This document shows positions 35,155 through 47,689 of a stretch of DNA of 64,000 nt, piece by piece. Origin of the DNA: Candidatus Thalassarchaeum sp. (lineage in GTDB: Archaea; Thermoplasmatota; Poseidoniia; Poseidoniales; Thalassarchaeaceae); the NCBI GenBank assembly GCA_022451235.1, contig JAKUOA010000006.1, forward strand, positions 44,413 through 108,412, given 5' to 3'. How positions within the stretch are numbered: position 1 is the first letter of the stretch; every line of letters starts with the position of its first letter. A model generated the notes under the pieces. That model did not search any database. It saw only the letters and a program-made list of their open reading frames with translations, and was not told the origin of the DNA. The position numbers and the translations under genes were made by a program.

Positions 35155-37851
35155 TCATTCTTCCTCGCTCGCCCCATCTGAATCCTCGTCATCTCCATCG
35201 ATGAGTTCAGCAGGAAGACGTGCTACGAAGATAATTTCGTCGACATGGGACTTTTTGTCCGAGCCCCTTAATTCCATTATCCTCGTGCCTTTTGTCACCT
35301 TACCCAAGGTTTCTTTGGTTTGAGTAGCAGGCATACGAATCATCATTCCACTGCCTGTCAACATGAATAATTGGTCAGATAGATCGGGGATTTGTCGCAG
35401 ACCGACAATTGAATCTTCATCAGATAGCGCCATTGTTCGAACTCCCTTAGTGCCGCGATTGGTTTTCCTGTAGCCATCTCTTTCCAACATGGTCTCGCCA
35501 TCGTCATCGACAATTTGCGTTCCATCTTCATCGGTAACCTGAATCATATTCCCTGAACCTAAACGGCTACGTTTTGCCATACCGTACTTAGAAATTGTAA
35601 GCACACTGGTGTCGAAATCATCAGTAACGATCATACCAATTACGCTATCTCCGGATTGTAGTTTCATTCCACTTACGCCTTGGCTAACTCTGCCTTGCAC
35701 CCTCACTGTGTGAGTTGTCTGAACTTCTCCACTTGTGGGGTCAGTCCTGGTTTTGACTTCAGATGGAACGAAGCGGCAAGCATACCCACCTGAAGACACC
35801 AAAACAACATGATCAGTATCGGTTGCAGGCCTTACCTGTACCAATGAATCGTCATCGTTTGCAAACTTCAAAGCATATTTTCCATTCCGGTTAATTCTAA
35901 CGTAATCAGAAAGTCTGCTTCGCTTAACTCGCCCCTGACTGGTAGCGAAAATGAGGTAGTTACCCTCTGGTTTTTCAATCAGCTCTCTATTCATTGGAAG
36001 TATTGAGATAACCTTCTCATCATCTCTAATTCCCTGTAACAAATTGCGAATATGAGTGCCTCTTCCATATCTGCTTGCTAGAGGAGTTTCCCAAGCTCGC
36101 AGACCGTAAACGCGCCCTTGATCAGTGAAAATCAGTAACCTGTCTTTAGAAAAGCAGGTAACGATTGCTGCCGGTGCATCTTCATCCTTGGTTGCAACTC
36201 CCTTGAGTCCCTTCCCTCCTCGATTTTGCAATCGGAAGGCCTCTACTGGTAGGTGTCTAATGTAATTGTCTTGAGTTAGAGAGATTACCAGTGCGCGTTC
36301 TGCTACTAGGTCCTCTCTATCCATTGAAAGTGGAGTTGGGTCAATGTGACTACGCCTTTCATCTCCATGTTTTTCTACTACATTGTCGAGTTCAGAAATC
36401 AGTATTTCCAATCTTTGCTTGCGACTATCGAGAATTGATTTGTACTCTTTGATTGCCTCTTGTAGTTTTGCAAGCTCTTCTTCAACCTCTTTTACGTTTA
36501 GTTTGGTAAGTTGATATAATCTACGTTCAGCAATCGCTTTTGATTGCTTTTGTGAGAAGTCAAATCGCTTTATCTTTGGATATTTTTCTTCTCCTCTGAG
36601 GTAAGTTTCGAATTGATCTCTAGAGTCGGAATTTCTTCCGACTTCAATTATTTCCGTCATTCTCTTCTGAGCAGCCATGAGGCCTTCGAGAATGTGGGCT
36701 CTTGCTTCAGCTTTGTTCAAATCAAATTGAGTTCGTCTTTCTATAACTGACTCTCTATGTCGGACATAGGTGTGCAAAATAGTGGACAAATCTAGTTGTA
36801 CAGGTGCACCATTGAGGATACCCATCATATTAGCTGAATATGATTCTTGTAATCTGCTTGATTTGTATAATTGGTTGAGGATTGCGTGTGGGTCAGCATT
36901 ATTTTTGACTTCGATTACTACTCGGATTCCTTCTTTACTGGACTCATCACGAATGTCACGAATGCCTTTGATGGTCTCTTTGGTTACTAACTCTGCAATC
37001 CCCTTCAGCATGCTTGCTTTACGAACCTGATAGGGAATAGAAGTGATCACTATTTTCTTGCCTGATGAATCATCTCTAACCTCTGCTTCAGAGCGTATGT
37101 GAAATCTACCCTGCCCGGTTCTATACATATCTAGAATACCATCTATTCCGTAAATTGTTGCCCCTGTGGGAAAATCCGGTCCTTTGAGATGTTCCATATA
37201 TTCCATCGCGTCAATCTTTGGTGGTTTATCCAATGACCTTTTCCGATCTTCTTCGATAACCTTCTCGGTGTGAAATCGCACTGCCGCGGCGACTTCGTTT
37301 AGGTTGTGAGGGGGTATTTTTGTCGCCATTCCAACTGCGATTCCATCGCTTCCGTTTAGCAGAAGATTAGGGAGTCTTGAGGGTAATACGGTGGGTTCAC
37401 TCTCACTATCATCGAAGTTCGCAACCATGTCTATGGTGTCCTTGTTGATATCGTCTAACATGTGAGAAGAAAGTCGGTCTAACCTACTCTCGGTGTATCT
37501 CATAGCGGCAGGAGGGTCACCATCGATGGAGCCGAAATTACCCTGACCATCAACCAATGGATATCGCAATGAGAAGTCTTGAGCCATTCTGACCATGGTG
37601 TCGTAGAGTGCCTGGTCACCATGTGGGTGGTACTTACCCATGACTTCTCCAACGGATCTTGCTGACTTACTGTAGCTCTTATCGTGAGTATGACCTGCTT
37701 GATGCATTCCCCATAGAATACGCCTATGAACTGGCTTCAAACCGTCTCTAACGTCCGGAAGCGCTCTACCAATGATTACGCTCATTGCATAATTTATGTA
37801 GCTCTCTTTCATCTCATCGGAGACAAATCTTCGCTCTAAATCTTCACTCAT
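35155..37851 (-). CDS. gyrA: DNA gyrase subunit A
   Basis: It has the active-site region AAMRYTE and a C-terminal beta-pinwheel with repeated GxG motifs. It is 898 aa and sits directly downstream of gyrB. Confidence 0.95.
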   Translation of the reverse strand: MSEDLERRFVSDEMKESYINYAMSVIIGRALPDVRDGLKPVHRRILWGMHQAGHTHDKSYSKSARSVGEVMGKYHPHGDQALYDTMVRMAQDFSLRYPLVDGQGNFGSIDGDPPAAMRYTESRLDRLSSHMLDDINKDTIDMVANFDDSESEPTVLPSRLPNLLLNGSDGIAVGMATKIPPHNLNEVAAAVRFHTEKVIEEDRKRSLDKPPKIDAMEYMEHLKGPDFPTGATIYGIDGILDMYRTGQGRFHIRSEAEVRDDSSGKKIVITSIPYQVRKASMLKGIAELVTKETIKGIRDIRDESSKEGIRVVIEVKNNADPHAILNQLYKSSRLQESYSANMMGILNGAPVQLDLSTILHTYVRHRESVIERRTQFDLNKAEARAHILEGLMAAQKRMTEIIEVGRNSDSRDQFETYLRGEEKYPKIKRFDFSQKQSKAIAERRLYQLTKLNVKEVEEELAKLQEAIKEYKSILDSRKQRLEILISELDNVVEKHGDERRSHIDPTPLSMDREDLVAERALVISLTQDNYIRHLPVEAFRLQNRGGKGLKGVATKDEDAPAAIVTCFSKDRLLIFTDQGRVYGLRAWETPLASRYGRGTHIRNLLQGIRDDEKVISILPMNRELIEKPEGNYLIFATSQGRVKRSRLSDYVRINRNGKYALKFANDDDSLVQVRPATDTDHVVLVSSGGYACRFVPSEVKTRTDPTSGEVQTTHTVRVQGRVSQGVSGMKLQSGDSVIGMIVTDDFDTSVLTISKYGMAKRSRLGSGNMIQVTDEDGTQIVDDDGETMLERDGYRKTNRGTKGVRTMALSDEDSIVGLRQIPDLSDQLFMLTGSGMMIRMPATQTKETLGKVTKGTRIMELRGSDKKSHVDEIIFVARLPAELIDGDDEDSDGASEEE

Positions 37852-37860
37852 TTTTCCACC

Positions 37861-39873
<2,013 letters not shown>

Positions 39874-40000
39874 GGCATTCTAATAAAACTCTTCCTGTAG
39901 AGGGTTAATCAATACTCCCTAGTGTAAGTCAGATATACGTGGAAAGTGTAAGTAAATGTCCATCTTCACCCCTCCATAGGAGGGGTATTGGCTCACAAAT

Positions 40001-40843
40001 ATGGTTAAACAGACCTCTCCGTTCGCCGAGCCGATGCAAAGACCCACCATCTGTGTGACTTTATCCGGTTGCTCGGTGGATGAGATACTCGCAGATGCTG
40101 CACGTGCTACTGCGGTAGGAGCTGATCTTTGTGAGGTACGCCTCGATATGCTTTGGGTTGTTGAGAAAGTCCCTGAACCTGTAGAAACAAATGATTCCGA
40201 TAGTAAGGACCGCTACACAAAGCCTGCATATGTCCCACCTGAGTACATCCCTCAAGCATTCGATTCGATCGATTTATCGGCCGCTCTTGAGGCATTCAAG
40301 GGTGGCATCGATTTACCTGTAGTTCTAACCTGTCGACCAGAGAGACAGGGAGGTTTTTTTCCGGGTACTGAAGAAGAGAGAATTTCTGTTCTTAGAACCG
40401 CAATCGACAGTGGAGTAAGTTGGGTTGACCTGGAGGCAGATATTGATTCCAAAATCCGCACTGAACTTTTGCAGATTGCTAAAGGCAATACTAGGGTAAT
40501 TTCCTCAACTCATTTCTCAGAAGAGCCTGATAGCGCATCAGAAATCATCAACGACATTGAAGATATGGCAGACTCTGGAGATATACTCAAAGTCTGTTAC
40601 AATACCAGTGGAAGGAACTCAGGCTTGAAATTATTTGAGGCGGCGTGGTTGCTAAGAGAATCCGAACATAACATAGCGATTATGGGCATGGGTATAGGTG
40701 GCGATTGGACTCGAATTCACGGCCCATTACTCAACCAAGAACTTGTATATTCCACAATGGAAACTGGCTCACATCTTTCTTCTCAAGGTAGAATAAACGC
40801 ATCAGACCTACTAATTGCTTGGGAAATGTTACACTACGAATGA
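40001..40843 (+). CDS. aroD: 3-dehydroquinate dehydratase, type I. The start is possibly at 40034 (MQRPTICVTLSG).
   Basis: It has AroD-type motifs: ADLCEVRLDML, VDLEADID, VISSTHF and ILKVCYN (the Schiff-base Lys region). It has an insert of about 40 aa relative to typical AroD. Confidence 0.7.
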   Translation: MVKQTSPFAEPMQRPTICVTLSGCSVDEILADAARATAVGADLCEVRLDMLWVVEKVPEPVETNDSDSKDRYTKPAYVPPEYIPQAFDSIDLSAALEAFKGGIDLPVVLTCRPERQGGFFPGTEEERISVLRTAIDSGVSWVDLEADIDSKIRTELLQIAKGNTRVISSTHFSEEPDSASEIINDIEDMADSGDILKVCYNTSGRNSGLKLFEAAWLLRESEHNIAIMGMGIGGDWTRIHGPLLNQELVYSTMETGSHLSSQGRINASDLLIAWEMLHYE

Positions 40844-40844
40844 T

Positions 40845-41726
40845 TCATTGCTCTAGCAATGGAACCAATTCTTGCTTCTCTTGACTCTCCTCGGTACCGC
40901 TAGCATGGTATCTTGAGTGCATTAGTATGGGTACAATTACACAGCTTAGAGGTAGTAATCCCACAATTACGTATGCTGTAAATTTAGGTAGAGTTAATCG
41001 TTCCTCTACTTCAACCCAAACCTGAACAATCATATCTCCATCAACAACAGATGCATCATTTGGTCTGCTATTGTTCCAATTATCCAGAGCGAGGAAATAT
41101 TCTGCATCACTATTATCTCCAAACCAAGAAATGAATGCCTTGTTGTCGTTATCTAGAGCTGTGGAAAAACTAGTGCTCCGTTTTTCTTCATAGGCATGAG
41201 CGTCTCTGAAGGGAAGAAACACGACCATATCTCGCCATTCAACAGGAATCATATCTATTACCTCCTCCGGAGTCTCCCAACCTTCGGATGTCATTTCATA
41301 TTCATCTTGGTACCTTCTCCAATTCGCGGAATCAAACAGGTATACGTCTCCTTTCGGATCATCGGTAGGTGGATTATCTGGGTCGGAATTAAATTCAACA
41401 CAGAAGGTATACGAATATCCGGTAACCAATTCCAAACGAACCGCTTGAGCATAATTTCTTTGCAAATCGATTTCAACATACAAATCTTCAGTAAGAGGAA
41501 GTAAGTCGGTATTTTGGTTTGGTTGCTGCCCCCACCAATTCCATGGATTCTCATCAACCTCAACGACTTCTGCTACAGAGGAGTCAAATCCAACATCAAG
41601 AGGTACTGAGCAATCCTCTCCTGAGGCAACAACCGGACTAGTTGTCGCCAATAAAATTGCCAACATCGGTACAATTAGTCCAAAACTAAATCCACTCGCA
41701 AAGAGCTTTTTCAGAATTTCATGCAC
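40845..41726 (-). CDS. Hypothetical secreted, C-terminally anchored protein, translationally coupled to the upstream giant metalloprotease
   Basis: It has a signal peptide and a C-terminal TM (VIVGLLPLSCVIVPILM). Its start overlaps the stop of the 41729..45835 ORF by 4 nt. Confidence 0.5.
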   Translation of the reverse strand: MHEILKKLFASGFSFGLIVPMLAILLATTSPVVASGEDCSVPLDVGFDSSVAEVVEVDENPWNWWGQQPNQNTDLLPLTEDLYVEIDLQRNYAQAVRLELVTGYSYTFCVEFNSDPDNPPTDDPKGDVYLFDSANWRRYQDEYEMTSEGWETPEEVIDMIPVEWRDMVVFLPFRDAHAYEEKRSTSFSTALDNDNKAFISWFGDNSDAEYFLALDNWNNSRPNDASVVDGDMIVQVWVEVEERLTLPKFTAYVIVGLLPLSCVIVPILMHSRYHASGTEESQEKQELVPLLEQ

Positions 41727-41728
41727 CC

Positions 41729-44700
41729 TCAGCGCCTCCGAGTTCTAATTGGGCGGACGTATCCGGACTCCTTGTTCCTTCGCTCGTCAACCGTCAGATA
41801 CTTCGGTTGTGGGGGTGGATTGTGTTGATCCATACCTGGTAGCCCGCCTTCCGCTTCTACTTCCTGAACATCGTAGGTATCAAGCATTTCCTCGGCATCA
41901 ATCTCCTCTTCATCTTTCTGCCTCATAACTAGCCAGCCGAGCAGCATTACCATGGCGACGAGTGCTAGGAGGCCACCGCTCTCTTTGTTTGGAACGAAGT
42001 CCTTCCAAGTCAATTCATCCCAAGACTTCTGTCGATCTTCTTCTTCGGCAGAAAGTACACTGATAATATAGTCCTCTGAAGTGCATACACCAACTCCGTC
42101 ACATACCTGTAAAACAAGACGAATTTCACCGGTTTCGCCCCAAGTCATATTGCCCCAAAGGAAGTCGTTTCTAGGGTCACCATCTTGATCTACATCGTTC
42201 AATGCATTGAGGTCCCAATAGACACTAAGTTCACTGGTCAAACTTGTGTCCTTATCATTTGTAGAGACTCCATCGCCATCACTATCCTCATCAGCATTTA
42301 CATCTAGCCATGCTTCTAATCCCTCAATCAAATCAATGTCATAAGCACTATGGTTCAGAATAACTAAGTCACCTTCGTTGACATAATCTGAATCAATCGG
42401 GTCTATTGGATCTATTTCCGGTGCTCTTGAGACGTGTACTGTAATGGAGGTAGTATTGGTATCTCCTCCTTCGAATCCATCAACAACAGTCAGAGTTACT
42501 ACGTAGGTTCCGGGGCGGTCCCAAGAGTGCCAAACCACGGGTCCTTCGACTTGTGGAGTTGCGTCACCAAAGTCCCAAATCCATCTTGTTATTCCATTCC
42601 ATTCAGAGTTCTCAGGATCTGTGGAGTCCCTTCCAACAAATTTCGGGTCAGAATCATAACTTTCTGAACCATCAAATTTCAGGGGGCAATTTGGAGCGAT
42701 AAATGCACCTCCGTCGGCGGCAAATGGAACCCACCAAGTAACATCTTCATCTGAGCTAGGGATTGAATTAAGTGCGCTTCCATTAATACTTGGTTGTAAA
42801 AATTCAACCATGGGGACAGGAATAGGATTGGCGATTCTGACCTGGTATGATTTGGTGGCAGATTCAGCGCCTCTTTCATCAATAACAGTCAACGAAATAG
42901 TATACAACCCAGGCTCTGTGAAACTATGATATACTGTAGATGTGTTTTCTATTTCTTCATCCATTCCAGTGATGTTCCATCGAGTTTGTAACAATGACGT
43001 ATCCCCATCAGGATCGAAGGATAAACTCTCGAACAAATACTCGGTTTCAACAGTGCCATCAGAAGGACTAGCAAATACTGCCACAGGCCTCTGATTCAAC
43101 ACTCTAACAACTATGCTTGCAGAAGATACATTGCCATCGTCATCAGTTACCTCTAAAGTGACAGTTTTGAGACCTGGAGTATTCCATCCAACGGTTGGAT
43201 TTTGGTTTACTGAAGTAGTTCCTGAAAAGTCGGAGGTCAGTGATATTCCTTGGCTTGAGAAATTAACACCGGATTCAAACTCCCATCGATATTCAACAAT
43301 TATTCCGTCATCATCAGTAAATATATCTGGTAATGTCAGAGGTGTTAGGGTGTAAGTTTGAAGTTCGTAATCGAAAATTTGCCGAGGTAGCCTATTCAAT
43401 ACTCTAACGTATACCTGATGTTCCACAATGAATGTTCCATCATTGATTGTAAGGGTCAAGGTGTAAACAGTCCCATCTGCACTCCCATCGACGTATGCAT
43501 GACTAGCTTCTACTAGACCGAGTCCACCTTCATCGCTTCCATCACCCCAATTCCAAGTAAAGTCTATTTCTTCATGTGGGACATTATCTACGGTACTTCT
43601 TGCAGAGAACAATACCCTCTGGTTTGTCAATAAGACTATTTCATCAGTTATTGTTACTCCATCTACTCTAATCTCGGGAATAGGCTCCGTAGTGTCTGCA
43701 ACATTTACCGTCCAATATTGGATTTCAGAGTAGAATCCTCCAATGTCTTCAACGGTGAGTGCTACGGTGTAGTTTCCAGGCTCCTCGTAGATGTGAACAG
43801 GATTCTTTAGCCCTGATGTAGCATTGTCTCCCAAGTTCCAATTGTATGCTATTGGTGTCTCATTGTGACCGTATGAACCATTCATTAGTCCGAACCCCCA
43901 TACATCGTATCCTCCGCCGAATAGGCTGACTGGTAACCAAGTCTGAGTAATTGAGGTTGAAGTCGACCCACTTGCAACCGGTTTCAAGTTTCCAAGTTGT
44001 ATTGGTAGCGTAAATGCGGTATCGGTAACTTCGCCACTAATATCTCGAATGTCAACTCCAAATGTCCAATCGCCAGTATATGGTGGGGTAAACCAAATGG
44101 TTTCCTCAGTAGGAATGCTGTTCCCTGCAGTCATTGAGAAAGTAATGGAATCAGTAAGCGTGTTGTTCACGAATGCCTCAAAGGTGACTTCGATAATTTC
44201 AAAGAAAGCATTGGATGTAACTTGTAACTCAATTTCCACACTATCGTCTAAGTTATCTTCGTCACGATCGAACGTAGTGACCGAGATTATGTCAACTTCA
44301 GCAGGGTCGGTAATTATGCCTGCTTGAACAACGATATCTGTGGTTGGATAAGAGCCAGTAGTTATTCCACAACTAGCAAAATTGTAATCGCAATCAGTTA
44401 CCTGAGATTCATACCAAGCAATTACCCAAACTTCGTCGGTGGTATTTCCAAATCCATGTACAAGACCGGTTCCTGCACCCGTAGCCGAGTCAATTCTCAA
44501 TCTATTCATTGTCCAAGTTCCAGTAGCGGAATCTTTTGCCATAACGGTTCCAGCGACGCCAAATTGAGTTGGTTGAACCATCAGATTGAGTGGCGCCCCT
44601 GTTCCACCTGAGAATTTGTAGGCCCGCATTCCCCAACCTTCAAGCTCCTGTGTGGGACTAGTCCAAGTCGATTGCCACTCATCGCGGTAGCCACTCATCT

Positions 44701-45835
44701 GGACTTTGCAAATGTATCCAGTAACGCATCCTGCAGTCATTGCAATATTGGAAAATCCAAATGCGCCTTGCGCACTATCTAGAGCCACAGCAGCGGTGAA
44801 ATTTGCGAAAATATCAGACATTGTCGTTCCTATTGCAGTTGAACCTGGTTCTGGATTTCGAGCCAAGTTTTCCACCCCGGCTCCACCTGTTGCAGTATCA
44901 GAAACCAATCGAGAGATCGCGGTGCCACCACCGAGCTTGTCTGCTAGGTACATTACAAACATGAAGCCACCACCGTAATCTGCGATTCTTTGATTCCACC
45001 ACCTCACACTCATGTTGGAATTCTGAGACCATTCGTTTGCATGACCAGACAACGTACTAGTAACGCCAAAGCAAAGGTAGGCCGCCATATCCGCGGCTCC
45101 CTCATCTAACCAGATGTATTCGTATGGGTCTCTGGCATTGTGTAGAAGGTGTTCTAATTCGTGAGCAAGTATCGTATTTCTCCAGCTCATATCGCCAGAG
45201 TCAATGAATAGGATTTCTCGCTGACTTGCAATATTGGGGTCAAAGTATCCTCCAATACCCCCTCCGCCATCGATTTGGAAAATTAAAATTTCAATTTGAC
45301 AATTGTTGTCTACATCAGGTGGATTACCAAAGTATGTCGTATCTGTTGGGTAGATGGTCGATTCCCATGTTGAGGTGATGTCATTTAGAGTAGTGGATGA
45401 AATCACCACATCATCCTCGACGAATATAGCCGAATTTGTTGAAATTTTCCTCACTGTTGCACTCACTGAACCACTTGAGGTAGAGAATGTGTCAGTGTCA
45501 TCAACTGACCATGCATTTTCGCAAGATCGGCTACTCGATCGCATGTTTTGGTAAGTTGGTGAAAATGGTTCAATCAAGTTAGGATAGTCGTTCTCAATCC
45601 ATTGCTTTTTGAGATAGCCAAATGCGGAGAAAACGGGGTTGTCTGGGTCATTGTAAATGTAGGCATGACCATCGTTTGCCGGGTCGAAATCACTCAAGTC
45701 ACCTGCTACAACCTGAATTTCTTCGTCAGTCGAGTCGTCACTTGCACTAACCAATGGTAGCATTATCGAAGCTAGCATAAGCCAAACTAACAACAACGTA
45801 GTTGTTGATTTACTTGAACTACTGAAAGTCCTCAC
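41729..45835 (-). CDS. Giant secreted zinc metalloprotease (HEXXH...E gluzincin, M6/InhA-like) with multiple PKD repeats and a C-terminal TM anchor
   Basis: It has a signal peptide. It contains ILAHELEHLLHNARDPYEYIWLDEGAADMAAY (HExxH plus a downstream Glu). PKD signatures include TWNWGDGSDEG and RWIWDFGDATPQVEGPVVWHSWDRPGTYVVTLTVVDG. The C-terminus reads LLALVAMVMLLGWLV followed by an acidic/basic tail. Confidence 0.75.
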   Translation of the reverse strand: MRTFSSSSKSTTTLLLVWLMLASIMLPLVSASDDSTDEEIQVVAGDLSDFDPANDGHAYIYNDPDNPVFSAFGYLKKQWIENDYPNLIEPFSPTYQNMRSSSRSCENAWSVDDTDTFSTSSGSVSATVRKISTNSAIFVEDDVVISSTTLNDITSTWESTIYPTDTTYFGNPPDVDNNCQIEILIFQIDGGGGIGGYFDPNIASQREILFIDSGDMSWRNTILAHELEHLLHNARDPYEYIWLDEGAADMAAYLCFGVTSTLSGHANEWSQNSNMSVRWWNQRIADYGGGFMFVMYLADKLGGGTAISRLVSDTATGGAGVENLARNPEPGSTAIGTTMSDIFANFTAAVALDSAQGAFGFSNIAMTAGCVTGYICKVQMSGYRDEWQSTWTSPTQELEGWGMRAYKFSGGTGAPLNLMVQPTQFGVAGTVMAKDSATGTWTMNRLRIDSATGAGTGLVHGFGNTTDEVWVIAWYESQVTDCDYNFASCGITTGSYPTTDIVVQAGIITDPAEVDIISVTTFDRDEDNLDDSVEIELQVTSNAFFEIIEVTFEAFVNNTLTDSITFSMTAGNSIPTEETIWFTPPYTGDWTFGVDIRDISGEVTDTAFTLPIQLGNLKPVASGSTSTSITQTWLPVSLFGGGYDVWGFGLMNGSYGHNETPIAYNWNLGDNATSGLKNPVHIYEEPGNYTVALTVEDIGGFYSEIQYWTVNVADTTEPIPEIRVDGVTITDEIVLLTNQRVLFSARSTVDNVPHEEIDFTWNWGDGSDEGGLGLVEASHAYVDGSADGTVYTLTLTINDGTFIVEHQVYVRVLNRLPRQIFDYELQTYTLTPLTLPDIFTDDDGIIVEYRWEFESGVNFSSQGISLTSDFSGTTSVNQNPTVGWNTPGLKTVTLEVTDDDGNVSSASIVVRVLNQRPVAVFASPSDGTVETEYLFESLSFDPDGDTSLLQTRWNITGMDEEIENTSTVYHSFTEPGLYTISLTVIDERGAESATKSYQVRIANPIPVPMVEFLQPSINGSALNSIPSSDEDVTWWVPFAADGGAFIAPNCPLKFDGSESYDSDPKFVGRDSTDPENSEWNGITRWIWDFGDATPQVEGPVVWHSWDRPGTYVVTLTVVDGFEGGDTNTTSITVHVSRAPEIDPIDPIDSDYVNEGDLVILNHSAYDIDLIEGLEAWLDVNADEDSDGDGVSTNDKDTSLTSELSVYWDLNALNDVDQDGDPRNDFLWGNMTWGETGEIRLVLQVCDGVGVCTSEDYIISVLSAEEEDRQKSWDELTWKDFVPNKESGGLLALVAMVMLLGWLVMRQKDEEEIDAEEMLDTYDVQEVEAEGGLPGMDQHNPPPQPKYLTVDERRNKESGYVRPIRTRRR

Positions 45836-45894
45836 TCACACTCACCTCAGCAATAAGACAGGTTCAAGCCCCTCTTCTACCCGCTATAACATCG

Positions 45895-46959
45895 ATGGAG
45901 CATCGTTCGGACGCCCCCGGCCCAAAGGGCCGTGCCTTCAGTAATAGGGGGGAATATGGAACCCGAACCTCAGTACTAGTCATATTCTGTATTTTTTTAT
46001 CAGTATTTTCTCCCGTTTCGAGTGTAGTTTCTCAGACTTCAGAAGTATGGCAAGTTGTAGTTATTGAACCAGAATTAATCGGTCAAGTCCCCCATGATGA
46101 ATCAGCCTTTACTCAAGGCTTGGAAATCCACTCTGGAAAATTCTATGAAAGTACTGGACTATACGGTGAATCTAGCGTTAGAATAGTCAATATGGAAACG
46201 GGTCAAATTGAGACTCAGTACAACCTTTCTGATGATTATTTTGCTGAGGGATTAACAATTTGGAATAATTCGATAATCCAACTTACATGGAAAGAAAATA
46301 TAGCATTTATTTACGACACTGATTCATTGCAGCAAATTGGTAATTTTTCTTATCAGGGAGAGGGCTGGGGGGTCTGTAATTTTGATGAATCAGGATTATG
46401 GTTTTCAGATGGTTCAGGCCACCTAAAATATTCCAATAATTCAACAGTTTCATTCACCAATTCATTGGAGGTTTTAGTGGGTGGGGGACCAAGCGAGCGT
46501 TGGAATGAATTGGAGTGTATCGATACTAACGAACACATACTCGCGAACAAGTGGTTTGACGACTCGATTTATTTGATTCAAATCTCAAATGGCTATGTCT
46601 GTCAGAAGGTAGATTTTAGTTCGATTCGAGAAGAATTTGAGTCAGAATCTTCCGGGGTATTGAATGGAATTGCCCAAGATCCAGAAACCGGCAATTATTG
46701 GGTTACTGGCAAAAACTGGTCGAATTATTATGAGGTAAAAATTGACTTTTCAAACCTGTCAACCAATTGCCAAATTAACTCCTCCAGCGTCCCTCCCGTC
46801 GATTGTCTAGATTGTGAGGAAGAAAACCAAATCGGGATAGTGTACGCAACGATTTTATTAGCACTAATTTGGCTCACATATACGTCAATATCAAAGCGGC
46901 AAACTGAGAAGCCGCCGATTATCAGCAAGGACGAGCAGGAGGGTGGCGAGGATGTCTGA
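45895..46959 (+). CDS. Glutaminyl-peptide cyclotransferase (plant/bacterial beta-propeller type), membrane-anchored
   Basis: It contains HDESAFTQGLEIHSGKFYESTGLYGESSVRIVNMETG, the QC PF05096-type signature (FTQGL...YESTG.YG.S). It has N- and C-terminal hydrophobic segments. Confidence 0.7.
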   Translation: MEHRSDAPGPKGRAFSNRGEYGTRTSVLVIFCIFLSVFSPVSSVVSQTSEVWQVVVIEPELIGQVPHDESAFTQGLEIHSGKFYESTGLYGESSVRIVNMETGQIETQYNLSDDYFAEGLTIWNNSIIQLTWKENIAFIYDTDSLQQIGNFSYQGEGWGVCNFDESGLWFSDGSGHLKYSNNSTVSFTNSLEVLVGGGPSERWNELECIDTNEHILANKWFDDSIYLIQISNGYVCQKVDFSSIREEFESESSGVLNGIAQDPETGNYWVTGKNWSNYYEVKIDFSNLSTNCQINSSSVPPVDCLDCEEENQIGIVYATILLALIWLTYTSISKRQTEKPPIISKDEQEGGEDV

Positions 46960-47689
46960 CGATGATGAATCTAGGAGAACTCGCTTTGAGTGGTGGCTTG
47001 AAGATCTCTCCACCGATCCCGCCACAAGAGTTGCCGGCGCAGTATTGATAATCTTTGGAAGTATACTTGGGGTTCTGACCGGTAGCCTGCACATTAGTGC
47101 CGATATCGGAGATGTGCTAAGCGGTCAACTCGACGATTCAGGACAGAAGGCAGATGTCAACGGAGCGGTCTTTGCCGCTCTTATCAACAACTCTTCTGGA
47201 GCAGAGGGGATGGAAGATGTTACGGTAATTCTCTATGATGATGAAAATCTCGAAATTGGCCGCGATATCACAGATTCTGGTGGCCGATTTTTTATCCTAG
47301 ATGTGCCAAGAAAATCTTCAATAATTGTGGTCGAACATCCTGAACATATCACTCAACGAATTCTATTGATTCCAGGAGATCATACTCAAATCATTGTCAC
47401 TCTGACCGAAGGAAATGGGCTTCAGGAAACTGACATGCGCGGGGAGAGTTTCCTTAGTGAGTCTGTTCTAATTGCATCAATAATAGGTGCAGTAACTCTG
47501 CTTGCAGGAATTGCAGGTATTTTCGGTGGGATTGAAGCTTACAATGGCAAGAGTCACTTTCGTACTCAATTTCTATCTTATCTTGGCCTTTGGAGTCAAG
47601 GATTGATGTTCATAGGTCCTCTATTCATTTTGATGGGTATGGGTCTCAGTTATCTGAGTCGAAAACAGTTTGGTTTACTGGAGGGTTAA
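46943..47689 (+). CDS. Membrane protein with a carboxypeptidase-regulatory-like (CarboxypepD_reg) beta-sandwich domain
   Basis: It contains VTVILYDDENLEIGRDITDSGGRFFILDVP, the typical GxVxD...TDxxGxFxIxxVP pattern. TM helices flank it. Confidence 0.5.
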   Translation: MARMSDDDESRRTRFEWWLEDLSTDPATRVAGAVLIIFGSILGVLTGSLHISADIGDVLSGQLDDSGQKADVNGAVFAALINNSSGAEGMEDVTVILYDDENLEIGRDITDSGGRFFILDVPRKSSIIVVEHPEHITQRILLIPGDHTQIIVTLTEGNGLQETDMRGESFLSESVLIASIIGAVTLLAGIAGIFGGIEAYNGKSHFRTQFLSYLGLWSQGLMFIGPLFILMGMGLSYLSRKQFGLLEG

